A stretch of 63,167 nucleotides of DNA, counting the filler, from Polymyxa betae A26-41 (Eukaryota; Protista; Endomyxa: Phytomyxea): assembly GCA_003693705.1 (NCBI GenBank). It is 7 parts of 7 records of this genome, joined end to end, with 100 filler letters (N's around TTAATTAATTAA, not from the genome) between each part and the next. Parts side by side here need not be neighbours in the genome. Positions count along the whole stretch, not along the records: positions 1 to 15,152 come from RBZT01000605.1; positions 15,253 to 28,010 come from RBZT01000813.1; 5 more parts are not named here. The stretch is one strand, 5' to 3'. The translations under genes and the position numbers were made by a program. This document shows, one piece after another, positions 13,696 to 25,200 of the stretch (its first letter is position 1; each line of letters starts with the position of its first letter). The notes under the pieces were generated by a model. The model saw only the letters and a list, made by a program, of their open reading frames with translations, was not told where the DNA came from and searched no databases.

Positions 13696-14003
13696 TCGTC
13701 AGATTTAACGATTCGTCGATTTTTGAATACCGGTGCGAAACCCGCGCGAAATCGTTAAGCGTAGTTTATTGATGTATTAAAACTAACGATAACGATAATT
13801 GCGCCCGGTAAACATGCTCTCAGATAAAAATTTTAAAGTATCCTTGTACGCAGAGCCGTCAACAAAGGTGATTCGCAAGGTTGAAAGGCCACACTCGGAC
13901 AACCGTGCTGCTGGTCTATTAGAAACATTATTCACTGGCTGGAAACTATATCTCCCACGATGCCAATCAGAATGAGTCCCAATGTCCACATCTGAATCAC
14001 TCA

Positions 14004-14716
14004 TTGTGTAATCAGCAGAGTCACACAATATCTTTCTCTGACCGAGCAGACGATAAACTGAATATGATTAGTTTCTCGAAACCGGAGCTTAGGACTGACC
14101 AGGTTACGTTCGTGGAGCAACTGCTGGCAGATGTGGATAAGTATGAGTCAGAAGTGAGTCGCATTCTGATTCGGTCGGATAAGAATCATGGACAGAAAAC
14201 CGCTACGTTTCCAAGAAACGTGGGGTTTCAAAGCAGAATAATGGTGTTCAACACAAAAAGCGTAAGTTTGAAGACGTTGAATGTTTGAAGTGTCGCCGGA
14301 AGAAGCATGTTATGAAATACTGTCATTTGAAGCCTTCAGCTAAGGAACAATCGAAGCTGTTGAAACCATTTCAGGCATTGAAGAATACTTCAATAAATAA
14401 GAACTCTTCGTATCTTTTGATAATTGCTCGGATTGTAGATTCCGATGCTACTGCATCCGACATTGAGAGCAGAATTGAAGTCAGCTTAGTAAATGGAAAA
14501 GTTCTATGCCCAGGAATTTTGGATAGCGGTGCTGATGCCCCAATTTTTCCAGGAAACATTGCACAAAAGATTTGTCAAATGGATAATCGAGTTTCTTTTA
14601 CAAACATTACAGGAACCAATGAGGGCTGTGTTGTCTGATGGTCGAATGGTTGAGATTGCTCAACAAATGTTTGTTGATATTACGCTTCAGTCCAAAGCTG
14701 GTCCACTAGTGATTAG
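14004..14716 (+). mobile_element. Gypsy gag-protease remnant
   Basis: GILDSGA aspartic protease motif as in the 23646 ORF, preceded by a degenerate knuckle. Confidence 0.7.
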
Positions 14717-15152
14717 TGTCAGGGGACGAGCAAAGGCGAGGGGAAGTTCAGGGACAAAACGGGACGAAAATGCTAATAAGATCGAAGTCGGATGTTTATA
14801 ATGTAAAGAGATAATCGGAATGACTACAACCGAGAGTGATTTGGTCTTAAGTAGTCATCTATGGATTCCTTGGAATGTTCTACCACAGTACTGGATAGCG
14901 ATTCTGCGGTATGAAAACTCCGTGGAAAGTCTGTAAGGGAGGAAGGTTCTGGCCAGAGCGAGAGGCGACATGAAGATTCTTACTGTTACTGCATAGGATC
15001 CGTGAACGGTTCCATCTCGGTCGCTGTCGGAGGCGCAGCCCCTGACATTGCCCCTCTTTTATGGCTCGCTTTTGTCAGAGCTGGTCCAGGTTTCTCCGGA
15101 AACTTCTAGTGAAAGTCCTTGATATGTTGGGTGTGTCGTTTGTCTCCTACGT
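14717..15152 (-). mobile_element. 3' LTR (14717-15047), PPT and chromodomain tail of a minus-strand Gypsy element
   Basis: Inverted termini TGTCAGGGG...CCCCTGACA; adjacent minus-strand PPT AAAAGAGGGGCAA; upstream IKDFH..FPEKP. Confidence 0.85.
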
Positions 15153-15252
15153 NNNNNNNNNNNNNNNNNNNNNNNNNNNNNNNNNNNNNNNNNNNNTTAA
15201 TTAATTAANNNNNNNNNNNNNNNNNNNNNNNNNNNNNNNNNNNNNNNNNNNN
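15153..15252. other. Artificial contig spacer (44N-TTAATTAATTAA-44N); also at 28011-28110, 34680-34779, 43792-43891, 49435-49534 and 59769-59868
   Basis: The identical 100-nt construct, with stops in all six frames, occurs six times. Confidence 0.98.
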
Positions 15253-15399
15253 GGAGGCCGCTCCTCGCCATTCATAGTAGGGAGACGAGGGGACCCGCGC
15301 AGTCCGTGACAGTTAGGGCTCTTCCCCTATAGGAATCGTCAGCAGGGGCGCAGCCCTCTGCGCAGCCCCTCGGGCCAGTACGACTGCCTGGTGGTTGGC

Positions 15400-17260
15400 T
15401 GGGCGGCTGCGAGTACTGTCATGCTCAATGGGCATGACAGTGCATCAGTTTCGCTGCTTGCTGATTCTTGTTCAAGAATTGATTCTCTATCGAGTTCATG
15501 ATTAGCCTCGTCCGAAGGATCTAACGGCAAGTATGTCATGGGATCTTCAGGTTCTAAGCAATCGGAGCGGCCAAGGGTGAATTCGTTTTCGCAGATGGTG
15601 GCATCGGAGAATCTCGAACAGAATATTCGAGCCTTGGCAGTGTCCCAAAGCTGGTAGCCTTTGTGTTTTGCCGGATATCCTATGAAGATCATCTTCTTTG
15701 TCCTTGCATTGAGTTTCCGTCTGAGTTGATGAGGGGTATGTACGTATGCGTCGCAGCCAAAAACCCGTAGCGTCTGTATATTTTCTGGGTGAGAATGCAA
15801 GAGGGGATATGGGTAGGGTTCGGGTATGGGGCTGGTATCCGACCCGACCCGACCCGATCGGAGCCCTAGCGTTGATACGCATGCATTGTGCACTTTCTCA
15901 AATGGTCCTGTTGATTCTCTCTGCCATGCCGTTTTGTTCTGGTTGGTAGGCCACTGATGTTCGATGGGAGATACCATGATCTGAGAACAGGTCCTGACGT
16001 TGCTTTGATAGGTATTCAGAGCCATTAGAGAGTTTTCGGAACGCTGATTTGGACGGATTCAGATTCAGATGGCACCCCGTTAGAGCTACGTGTATGGCAT
16101 CACTTTTGCGCTTCAGTCCAAAGATATGTGCGTACCTTGTGAATTCGTCGAGAAATGTGATAAAATATTTCAAGCGATGGTGCAAGCTTTCAGGAAAGGG
16201 TCCACAAATATCACTGTGAATTATCTGCAGCGGACGAATTGCTGGAAACTCGGATTGTTTGGGTATATGACCACGAGCGGATTTCCCATGTAGACATCCC
16301 TGACAATGGAAACTATCCTCGCTGTCCCTTGGAAGGTTGATTTGATGTTTCTCAAGGATCGTCTTCAGAGCTTTCTCATTGAGGTGACCCAACCTGGAAT
16401 GCCACTTTTGGAGCAAGCTTTCGGTCTTTAAAGCTGAGCAGGCTAATTTGCTGGACTCACAGGCATTTGAACTTACAATTTTATACAAGTTATTTTTGTC
16501 TTTGGTGACTTCGTTAATAAGTCGATTTTTGCTGTCGAATATATTGCAAAGATTATCTTCGAATAGGAATGAGAGTCCTGCTTTTGTGCATTTGCCAAGT
16601 GATATTAGATTTTGTGAAATTTCGTCAGAGTGGAACACTTCGTTGAGGCTAATTTTTCCTTGACCAATCATTAGTGAGGCCGTGCCTCTTTTTGGAAGCT
16701 TGACGACCTGATAAAACTTTTTTGAAAATCTTACTAGCTGAGATTGAATGCCTGGATGATACGGGTCCATCATTGATAGCTGCGAATGCGTGGCATTGTG
16801 GAATTGCTGAAGATTGTTGAGCTCTTCTGCCATCGCCGCATCCATTTCTTGTGACGTGACTCTGCGGCATGGCCCAGCATGACCTGCGGCGTCTATTATT
16901 TGCTGCGGTCACGCGTTCGCTGCTTGTTTGGATAATGTTGTTGAGAAGCCCGATAACGTTGCTAATGTTCAGAGAGCTACCTGAATCGAGAAGCCATTCA
17001 GTTGGCTTTTGGACAGTCGGACAAGTGAGGGAAGCGATGTAATACTGGGAATCAGATTCTACTTGTTTATTGGATTTTTCAAAGCGCTTGGGTTTGAGTT
17101 CAGGATGCTGGTACCAGCACGAACTGTCATCGTGGCTCTTGGTCTTGTGGATACTGCACCACTTACTCCCCTGTGTTCTTTTTGCGACTTTTTCTTCTTC
17201 ACACTGTCGATGTGCAAGCTGAGATTCAAAGTTCGGAATCTCGTTTCTTCCGCCGGCTGA
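15400..17260 (-). mobile_element. Degenerate Ty1/Copia element (gag knuckle, GAG-pre-integrase, integrase)
   Basis: WCSIHKTKSHDDSSC knuckle; WHSRLGHLN..CQGCLHGK; IHSDICGP; YQPEQNGMAERINRTI; LRVFGCDAYVH..MIFIGYP. Confidence 0.9.
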
Positions 17261-18409
17261 AACTGGGCTGCTCTTCCTCCGGCTGAAATCAGGTTGCGCT
17301 TCCGCCGGGTCTGATACTAGAGATAACTTGTCACAGTGCTGTTCACCCAGCGTCTCAGTCCTCTGTGATCGGCGTTGTTATTGAAGATCTGATACCTTGC
17401 CTTCGCCGCCAAAGATGGTTTTATGATCAGAATTGAATATCGGTTAATAGTTTTCCTTGGGATATCAATTACTGTTCCCCGTTTTGCTCAGCAGTGATTC
17501 CTATTTTGTATTTCTTAAACATGTATATTTCAAAAGTTGAGCAATTGTGCCTCAGCAATTTGCAGTTCGTCAAATCCTGCGCTATAGGGATTCGATTGGA
17601 GGGGGCAACCGCTGAGATGCGATTCTGTGATTTTGAATCCCTCTCGATTCGCAATCAGAACATCGAATCCTGCCACCACGCTGCATGTTGTAAGCTCGTT
17701 GATCGTGCACAACCTGTGCAACGGCGACGTTTACCGGAGCCGCTGTTGGCATCTGCTGATGCTGGCTGGCAAGCGGCTGTGAGGATAATACCGTCTAGGG
17801 GCAACGTGATCACCCTGCTCGGTGGGATTCCACAGGAACTACATTGTGACAACGGCAAACCGAGCATACTCGTTTGGCTCGCTGTTTAGGTCGCAGACCT
17901 GTTCGAGCTAAAACCGAGCGATTTTCTAAATCTTGGTTTCGGACACGCCCCCGTTGGCGCTCTGGGGCTAGCACTCCTAGTGCCGGCGCCGTTTCTGTAT
18001 CAAAAATGTCAGTGGCTTGGGAGCCTGCAGTGTTGATTAAACTGGCGATCGTCAATCTGGTTCGCTTGTACAGATTGGGGGATTCTTGCGCTAATGCAAC
18101 CAGCTGCTTTAAATTCTGCATTAAGCGGCTATATCTCGCAGCTTGATCGCGAGCAAAATCAATTTGCTAGTATGCAGCCACTTGCAAACTTATTACAACG
18201 CTTGCAGTCTCGTTGGGTTCGGAAAGAGGTCTTTCTATACCACCACCACCGGAACTGCGCAGCTCTTCTTTTGCCTGCCTTTTGAACATGCAAAATTTCC
18301 CACAAAAAAAGCATGCCACGGAACGCACTTTTTTGAATTCCAAATGCATTGGATGGCAAACCAAATGCATGTATCGGCAGGTCTGCGGAAGCGCAGTTTG
18401 GCAGTTCCA

Positions 18410-18554
18410 TTATTTCAGGAGACCGGCTGTCGCCGTACACTCTGCCTTGGCTACGCGTTAGCAATCAATTGCAATCTTAGTTGTAGCTAGGTAACCAGAG
18501 GGTCGTCCGTTATTTCAGGAGACCGGCTGTCGCCGTACACTCTGCCTTGGCTAC
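18410..18554. repeat. Pair of identical 45-bp direct repeats with a 100-bp period
   Basis: TTATTTCAGGAGACCGGCTGTCGCCGTACACTCTGCCTTGGCTAC at 18410-18454 and 18510-18554. Confidence 0.95.
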
Positions 18555-20469
18555 AAGATCGTTACTTGCGTGTAGATCTAGACCACCATGAAATGCTTTC
18601 GTAGTGTATGTTAACACTAAAACGATCACGATATAATGCAAATGCATTGGCAACGTCGTACTTGCGGACCTTCGCAGTCCGAGAAAAAGCTGAATTTTTC
18701 AAGAACTAGCTTGCAAAATGGAGACTGCTGCAGCTGTCTCTATGGTAATTTTTGTTCAAGATGAAAAACTATAGCAAAGGTGCAGCTCCTATCTGAAGAG
18801 AGCAATCCGAAGAAACATCGCGAGTCGATCCATAATCATTCGATAGATTTGGAAACGCAACGGTGTGTCAAAATTTGCCAATTATTGACTAAGGAGACTC
18901 CTCCCTTTGTCTCAACTGATGGTTACAACGAAGAAATCGCAGTAAAGGGTTTACGGTTCGTTGCTAAACTTGAAAATCTTCAATTTAGCGTTACCCGACC
19001 AGGTAAAATAGGAATATTTTCTAATACAAATTTTTAAAACTCACTCGTATGTAATTGCAGCCAAACGCGCCAAGGATACCGAAAAGTTGTCTAAATCAAA
19101 TCGAGATGCTTACTGGCCCAGACACCTCTGGCTTGATCATCCAGAAGATGCCATCATGACAACGGCAAGCCAAGAGAAAGGAACGAAATGTCTCGCTTGG
19201 TTCGCAATCAGATCCGAAAGCACAAGTATGAACACAACTGTCTGTTTGAGATCAACTTGAGCCATGAAATAGTATGACACCAGAGACGTTGAATGCCGAT
19301 GCCGAAATTCTCCTGGCCGAAATCAATGCTCATTTACCAGGCGCTGAGGCTGATATTGAGATCGTGAGAGCAGGTAAAGCTTGACCTTTTTGCCATTCCT
19401 CTCCTCTCTGAATACATAATCACCTCAGAGTTTTTGCGTAAGCTACGCAATGCTAGATCGAAAGCTAATTACAGAAACAAGCACGGATCCAACAACAAGA
19501 ATAATGAAGGTGAAAATTCTGATTTCTTGCTTGGTAATGACAACCTTGGTCTTTTGCTGGCAACCATTCACCAGGAATTTGTTCAATCTGGAGATTCATC
19601 AAAGGTTCTGTTTGATCCTGAATCTGTAACAGGCTCAAAATTACGAACTAAATTAGTTCAACATTTAAAGAAACAGCTTCAAAACAAAAAATGAGGCTTC
19701 AGAATATGATTGAATAAAGAGTAGTTAAATTACGACGATCGCTCAGTGTCCCACATAGCCTATGAACAGTGTATGACACAAGACGTATCAAGCATCTCGG
19801 TTGTCACCTCCAATGTCGAAGATTTCAAAGCCAAAGCGAACACGCAATGGGTTACAGCAGTATTGCTATTGCCAAACATATAGATGCAATGGAAAGCTTC
19901 GCGATCCACGAACATTTAGTAAGCATTGCCAAGCCGATATTGAGCGAGTCGAGGTTTCTTCACCTGCTTCATTATCTTGTTCCGAAATAGAATGTAGGTA
20001 TTGAGAATATCCTGGAATCCGCACTCAATTTTCCACAGCAATAGCTGAAAGTGATGAAATCATTGCAGAACATGTTACGCAAGGTTGAAAAACATTCCAC
20101 CCATCAACTTCAGCTCTTAACTTTTTAGTGGCAGGTATTTTGGAAGAGGACAACCTCTGTGGTTATACTAGCTCTATTGCTGATATGAATGATGTGAATA
20201 TGTCTGGTTCTCAGGAAGAAGATGAGACTGATAAGGGATCGGGACTCCTGAATGATCTATCAAAACTCAGCAGCTCCGATAGCATATCAGAAGAAAGTGA
20301 CTGCTATAAGTTTGATACTCGCATTTGCAGTGGCATTCAGAGCGCCAGAGCAATTTTGAGAACTTTGTCGACAGTACATCGAAACCAAATGCACGAACTC
20401 GAAATCGAGAGCCTGAAACATCTTGAAAAAATCAAGATAAAGATAATGCAGCTCGCAGACCAACGATTT

Positions 20470-21269
20470 CGCTCTGCGATCATCTCGGAGGAGGTGAGCA
20501 TCCGGCACCCCGCCAGGCTGAGCAGGACGTCCTCCGGGAGTGTTCTGTGCTTCGTGTTTGACAGGTAGTCAGAGCGGATAGTGGCATGTGTGCCTTGCAA
20601 AAGGCTCGCCACGACATCGGTGATGGTGCTCTTGCCTGTTCCTCCCTCAACTAGGAGGAGCATAACCTTGTGAACCTGTCCGGGATCTAATAGGGAGTTG
20701 CCCAGGAACCACTTAAAGGAGTTGAACTCCTCCTCCGAGCTAAACAGGGGCCGCAGAAATCTCTCCGTTCGCGTGACTTGGGACACATCCACGTGTTCGC
20801 CTAGGTGTACATAGTGGTAAGGACTGCAGACCGAGAACGTCGACACTCTCGGGTTGATCTGTTCCGGAACTGGGACGATACCCATCACAGGCTCAAGCTT
20901 GAACACATCGGGCCACTGGGTGTCTCGGATCAAGTACCGCGTGTCCCAGACACAGATAGACTCCGGTACGAGGACGTGGACATGGACGCGCCGGGTGAGC
21001 AGGGATACATAAGGCTCGAAAGCCTTTGCCCAGTTGACTGGGGCATACGAGCCGACAGTGCTCAATACCTGGGCCGCTGCGGCAGGCGAGCACAGGGGGA
21101 GCCAGCAGCCTGACTCGTCACTCCAGATATAGAATGAGTTGCTGTATCCACAGCAGAGACCCGGCTCGATGTAATGTTTGTATATTAGGCGTGATTCCGA
21201 GCTGAGCTTGGTTAAAGTCTCAACTGGTTCGAACGCCTGCAAGCACGAGGACATAGATGGTCGCTCCAT
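20470..21269 (-). CDS. Virus-like D5-family (superfamily 3) helicase, C-terminally truncated
   Basis: D5_N-like FYIWSDESGCW; FKWFLGNSL; Walker A EGGTGKST; Walker B-like LAGCRMLTSSE. Intronless and visibly richer in GC than its flanks. Confidence 0.8.
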
Positions 21270-21301
21270 AGCTGGTTCCGTGCCATCTGCGATGCATACA
21301 A

Positions 21302-21628
21302 ATGTCTGCGATTCACAACGTTCACTACGACGTGAAGTCTGATCGCATCACCACCCGCCTGTGTCGAAGGGACGGCAAGTACATTACCGAGACGATCGAG
21401 ATAGATATTCTTCCCGTGCAGGTTGAAGACAACCCGGAAGTCATCCTCAAGTCTGAGTACGATGTGAGAGACGAGCTCACTGGGCCTGTGTTTAGCTCGT
21501 CCAAGGTTTTAAAGTTGCTTCGGAGTGCTGCTGTGTACGGTGTGACTCTGGGATTGTCTCGAGGTCCCGGACGAACCCCTATTCCAACCTTAGACGATGC
21601 AACGGGAAAAGCTTCGACGAATTCCTGA
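21302..21628 (+). CDS. Hypothetical protein divergent from the D5-like ORF, probably truncated
   Basis: The ATG is 33 nt from the helicase ATG, it has the same composition, and it ends at the junction back into CACTA sequence. Confidence 0.5.
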   Translation: MSAIHNVHYDVKSDRITTRLCRRDGKYITETIEIDILPVQVEDNPEVILKSEYDVRDELTGPVFSSSKVLKLLRSAAVYGVTLGLSRGPGRTPIPTLDDATGKASTNS

Positions 21629-22273
21629 CTTTATATCTCTCTGAAATGTCGTCAGCGCCAGATCCTGAGACAGGGGAGCTTATACCTATCTACAAAAACT
21701 TCCCATGAGGATGGAATCAAGCTAAAGTCTCTCTGCTCAGAGATATATTCTTGTCGTTGAAGCCCATCCCTATGGAATGCTGTTCCCTAGGCCACTGCAT
21801 CTACGTTTTTGATCTGGAAAATGCCAGCCAATGTCCTATTTGTACTGCACCCAGAACAGAATCCAAGCTGTTTTTATACTGTCCAATTTCTTTTGATTTA
21901 CAAGTATGTCGTTGATGAAGATACCGGTAATGATGCCACGTTTTGAAGAAGGAAATTTCTTAGATGCGGTTCTCATTTCCATCATTTGCAGCCTTTTTCT
22001 GGGAAGGCTTTGCACAGATCCAGGACCTTGTAAACTTATACAGCGATCACCATCAAAAAGAAGAGCTCATGACAGACTGGGTTCATGGAGACCTTTTCTA
22101 TGATATCTATATCCCCTTTCACACCAGAGGATTCCAAGACCGGAAACGAGGCTACTGGTAAAGTGCTGCTTATTTTGTAAACTCAAGGCTGAAGCTAACA
22201 CCTGAGCACAGATAAGAGAAGAATGATTATCGCCTTGTCGCGTTGTTTTGATGGTGCCAAAATTCATGATTCG

Positions 22274-25200
22274 TGTGTCAATATTTGCAGAATATTTCCA
22301 GAAAAAGACTCTTATTGTATTATGAATATAAACGGCCCTATATTCAGGACGACTCCGCCACGGACTCAAATGGACTCCGTGACGGAATAACCGGACTGGA
22401 AATGGGAGCTGGAATACAGAATTCATTTAGCCCCAAATCACGAAGATCTGAACCCGTAGATCTGCTACAAAGACGTCTTATCTAGCAAAGATGACTGTGA
22501 GGATAACTGAAGAAGAATCTCAGAACCACGTGGACGACATGTCAATCGAATACGAAGAAGATGATCACCGCAGTGATGTGGTTAATGAAGAAACCGAAGA
22601 TGAAACTGCGACAGATGAAGCCGGTGACGTCAATGACGAGTCGTCCGAAGCAGCAATGGCGACGGCGGAGGCCATCGCCAATGGTGCATTCTCCAATGCT
22701 GACATTGTTCGGCAGCAGAGCATGCACCGGGAAGATCCAGAAGAGGTAGCTGACCGTCGTGGTAACAGCTATCGTGGGGATGGGCTGGCCTCTGGCGGCC
22801 TCGCCGTACTGGAGACGAATCGGGCGCTGATCCTGAAGATCCCCGACCGGAACCGTATGTTGAAGTTTCGGAAAGAACGAGAGCGCTAAATAGGCGTTTT
22901 TCGAGAGGCCGAATTCCCGGGAGTAACCCCACGCTCGTTGGTGTCCTGCATTGAACCGTCGATGTTAAAGTTTATTTGTGAAAATAAGTTTGAAATATCA
23001 GTTGAAGATGTGACGATCAGGATATCGAAGGTTGGATGGACGGTTTTCTGGCCTCCGACCTTTCTAACGATGCGCTCATGGACTAGAAGCTGAAGGCCGT
23101 TAAGATGGACCCACGCATCACACCTCCCAGTGGCCGAGTGATGGCTATGATGATCCGTTTCGATCAGATTGTCGAAGAAAACGGATGGGGTGACGTCTTC
23201 AAAGAAGAAGAACGGAAGAAGCGGAAGGTAAAATCTTTACTGAACGCTGTTGAACCTGTAGGTCTTAAGACGATTATGGAGACCGCGCTAAAAAGAGAGC
23301 CGAAGCTGTGGTCGCGGCCTCAGGCGTTCGGCATAATCCTTGAGATGATGGCCGAGAGCCATGAGGAGACCGCAACAGCTTTAAAGGCGGTTAGCGAAAG
23401 GAAGATCACGGGAAAGAAGCGCTCCCGTGAACAACAGCTAACTGCTAATCCGAAGAAACCCCAGAAGGAGAAGAACCCGAAGAGTAGAGAAATCGATGAA
23501 AACTGTACGCTGGAATGTTTCAGCTGTCGCAAAAGTGGGCATCCGGCCTTTCTGTGCCCAACCCATCCCTTGACTAAAGCGGAAATTCGCGCACTTTTGA
23601 TGGAGAAAGATAACAAAATTCAGGAAGAAACATTCAAAGTATCCATTGGTATGCCGAATTGGGAGTAGGGTAGATGACAAACAAATAGATGTTAGGATCT
23701 GTGAAGGTTTATACGTACCAGGTATCCTAGATAGCGGCGCCACGGCGGTGTCTCTAATACGAAAAATAATAGCCGATCGTGCTATGAAAATTGACCCTAC
23801 CATAGAAAAGATACAGCTCGCAGAACCCGTGCGGTTACTTCTGGGCGATAATGTTACAGAGGTAATCGTCACGGACGCCGTAACTCTAGACATTAGACTA
23901 CGGACATGTGCGGGTGAAGTCGTATCACTCCGACGGAAGTGCCTGATATGGGATGTACCCAGTGACGAAATCATACTGGGGAGCGACCTGCTTGAAGAAC
24001 TGGGAATAGAGCCAAAAACTGCGCTCGATGCACTTATTTGGCGGAAGAATGTCAGAAACGAAGCTAATGGCACCCAGAGAACTGATGAAGAATCGCCAAA
24101 CAGTGATATCGAAGAAGGGAGTGACCAGGATGAGGGCGCAGTAATTGGGTCCGTGGACCAAACGGAGGTGCGGTCCGAAATTGAAGCAATGCTGAAGAGA
24201 GCAGAAGAAAATGGTCTCCCCAAAGAATGGCGAAATAAACTGAAGAAATTATTATACAAATTTGAAAAAGCATGGCAGGTGAAGTTAGGGCCAGAACCGC
24301 CAGCAAAGGTCACGCCTTTCGTGACTCAGCTGAAGCCCAATTCACAACCTTACAAATGCCTGGCAAGAAAATACAAATCAGAAGATAGCGAATTCCTACA
24401 GAAATTCGTAGAAGAATTGATGAAATATGGACTGGTCTATGAAAATCAAAATTCAAAATGGGCCTCTCCTGTAGTTGTTGTGAAGAAATGTGACAGTGGA
24501 AAAAGAATGTGCGTCGATCTGAGAGCAGTCAACGCGTTCAGCGAGAGCACAGCGTGGCCTATGCCATTTTTAGAATCCATAGTCAACCATTTAGCGGGAT
24601 CCAGGCACTGGTTCAAGCTGGATGCATTCAAAGAATTCTGGATGATGCCGCTAGCAGAAGATTGTCAAGAAATGTTCTTATTTATGACAGATAATGGCGT
24701 CTATACGCCTAGGTCAATTCAGGGCGCTTTAAATTCAGCGACCCAGTTTCAGGCAAGAATGGCTGGAGTCTTTAAAAGCCTCCTTAATAAAGCCTTGATT
24801 ATATGGATTGATGACCTGCTGGGACATGCGAAGACATTAGATGACTGGTTCCAGTATCTTGAGAAGACATTACAATTGGCCTTAGAAAGTAACATAAAAT
24901 TTAACGTGAAGAAGTGTGAACTCTACAGTAGGTCGGCCAAATTCTGTGGACGAATACTCTCTCCAGATGGCGTAACCCACGACCCGGAAAGGACTGAGAC
25001 CCTGCTAGCAATACCGCAGCCCAAAACTGCGCGAGACCTGCAGCAATTTCTCATGGCGACTCTGTGGATGAGCCGATCGATTCCAGAATATAATAAGACA
25101 GTTAGATGCTTACAAGATATATTTGAAGAATCAATGAAGAACCACCCCGCACGAACGAAAAGCGTAGCGAGACAAGTTCGCTTATCGAAGTATGGCTGGG

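Larger units (their letters stand above)
11224..13819. mobile_element. Full-length (frameshifted) PIF/Harbinger transposon
   Basis: Perfect 20-bp TIRs GAGCATGTTTACCGGGCGCA with TSD TCA. Contains a convergent Myb-like ORF (11396-12304 +) and a DDE transposase (13695-12327 -). Confidence 0.95.
19801..22161 (+). mobile_element. CACTA/EnSpm-like transposase remnant, interrupted by a foreign segment at about 20470-21625
   Basis: N-terminal YCYCQTYRCNGKLRDPRTFSKHC. After the insertion it reads MECCSLGHCIY..CPICTAPR and MTDWVHGDLFY, as in Tnp2-type transposases. Confidence 0.65.

Noticed and set aside
15197-15208. TTAATTAATTAA palindrome recurring six times
   Set aside because: It is always centred in exactly 44+44 N, so it is an assembly linker and not biology.
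17700-17960. Integrase-like GIPQELHCDNG motif
   Set aside because: An isolated motif without supporting DDE context, too degraded to call.
18410-18554. Minimal CRISPR (repeat-spacer-repeat)
   Set aside because: Only two repeats, with no leader or cas genes.
23438-24313. 291-aa antisense ORF in the Gypsy element
   Set aside because: A Ser-rich mirror of gag-pol with no independent evidence of coding.
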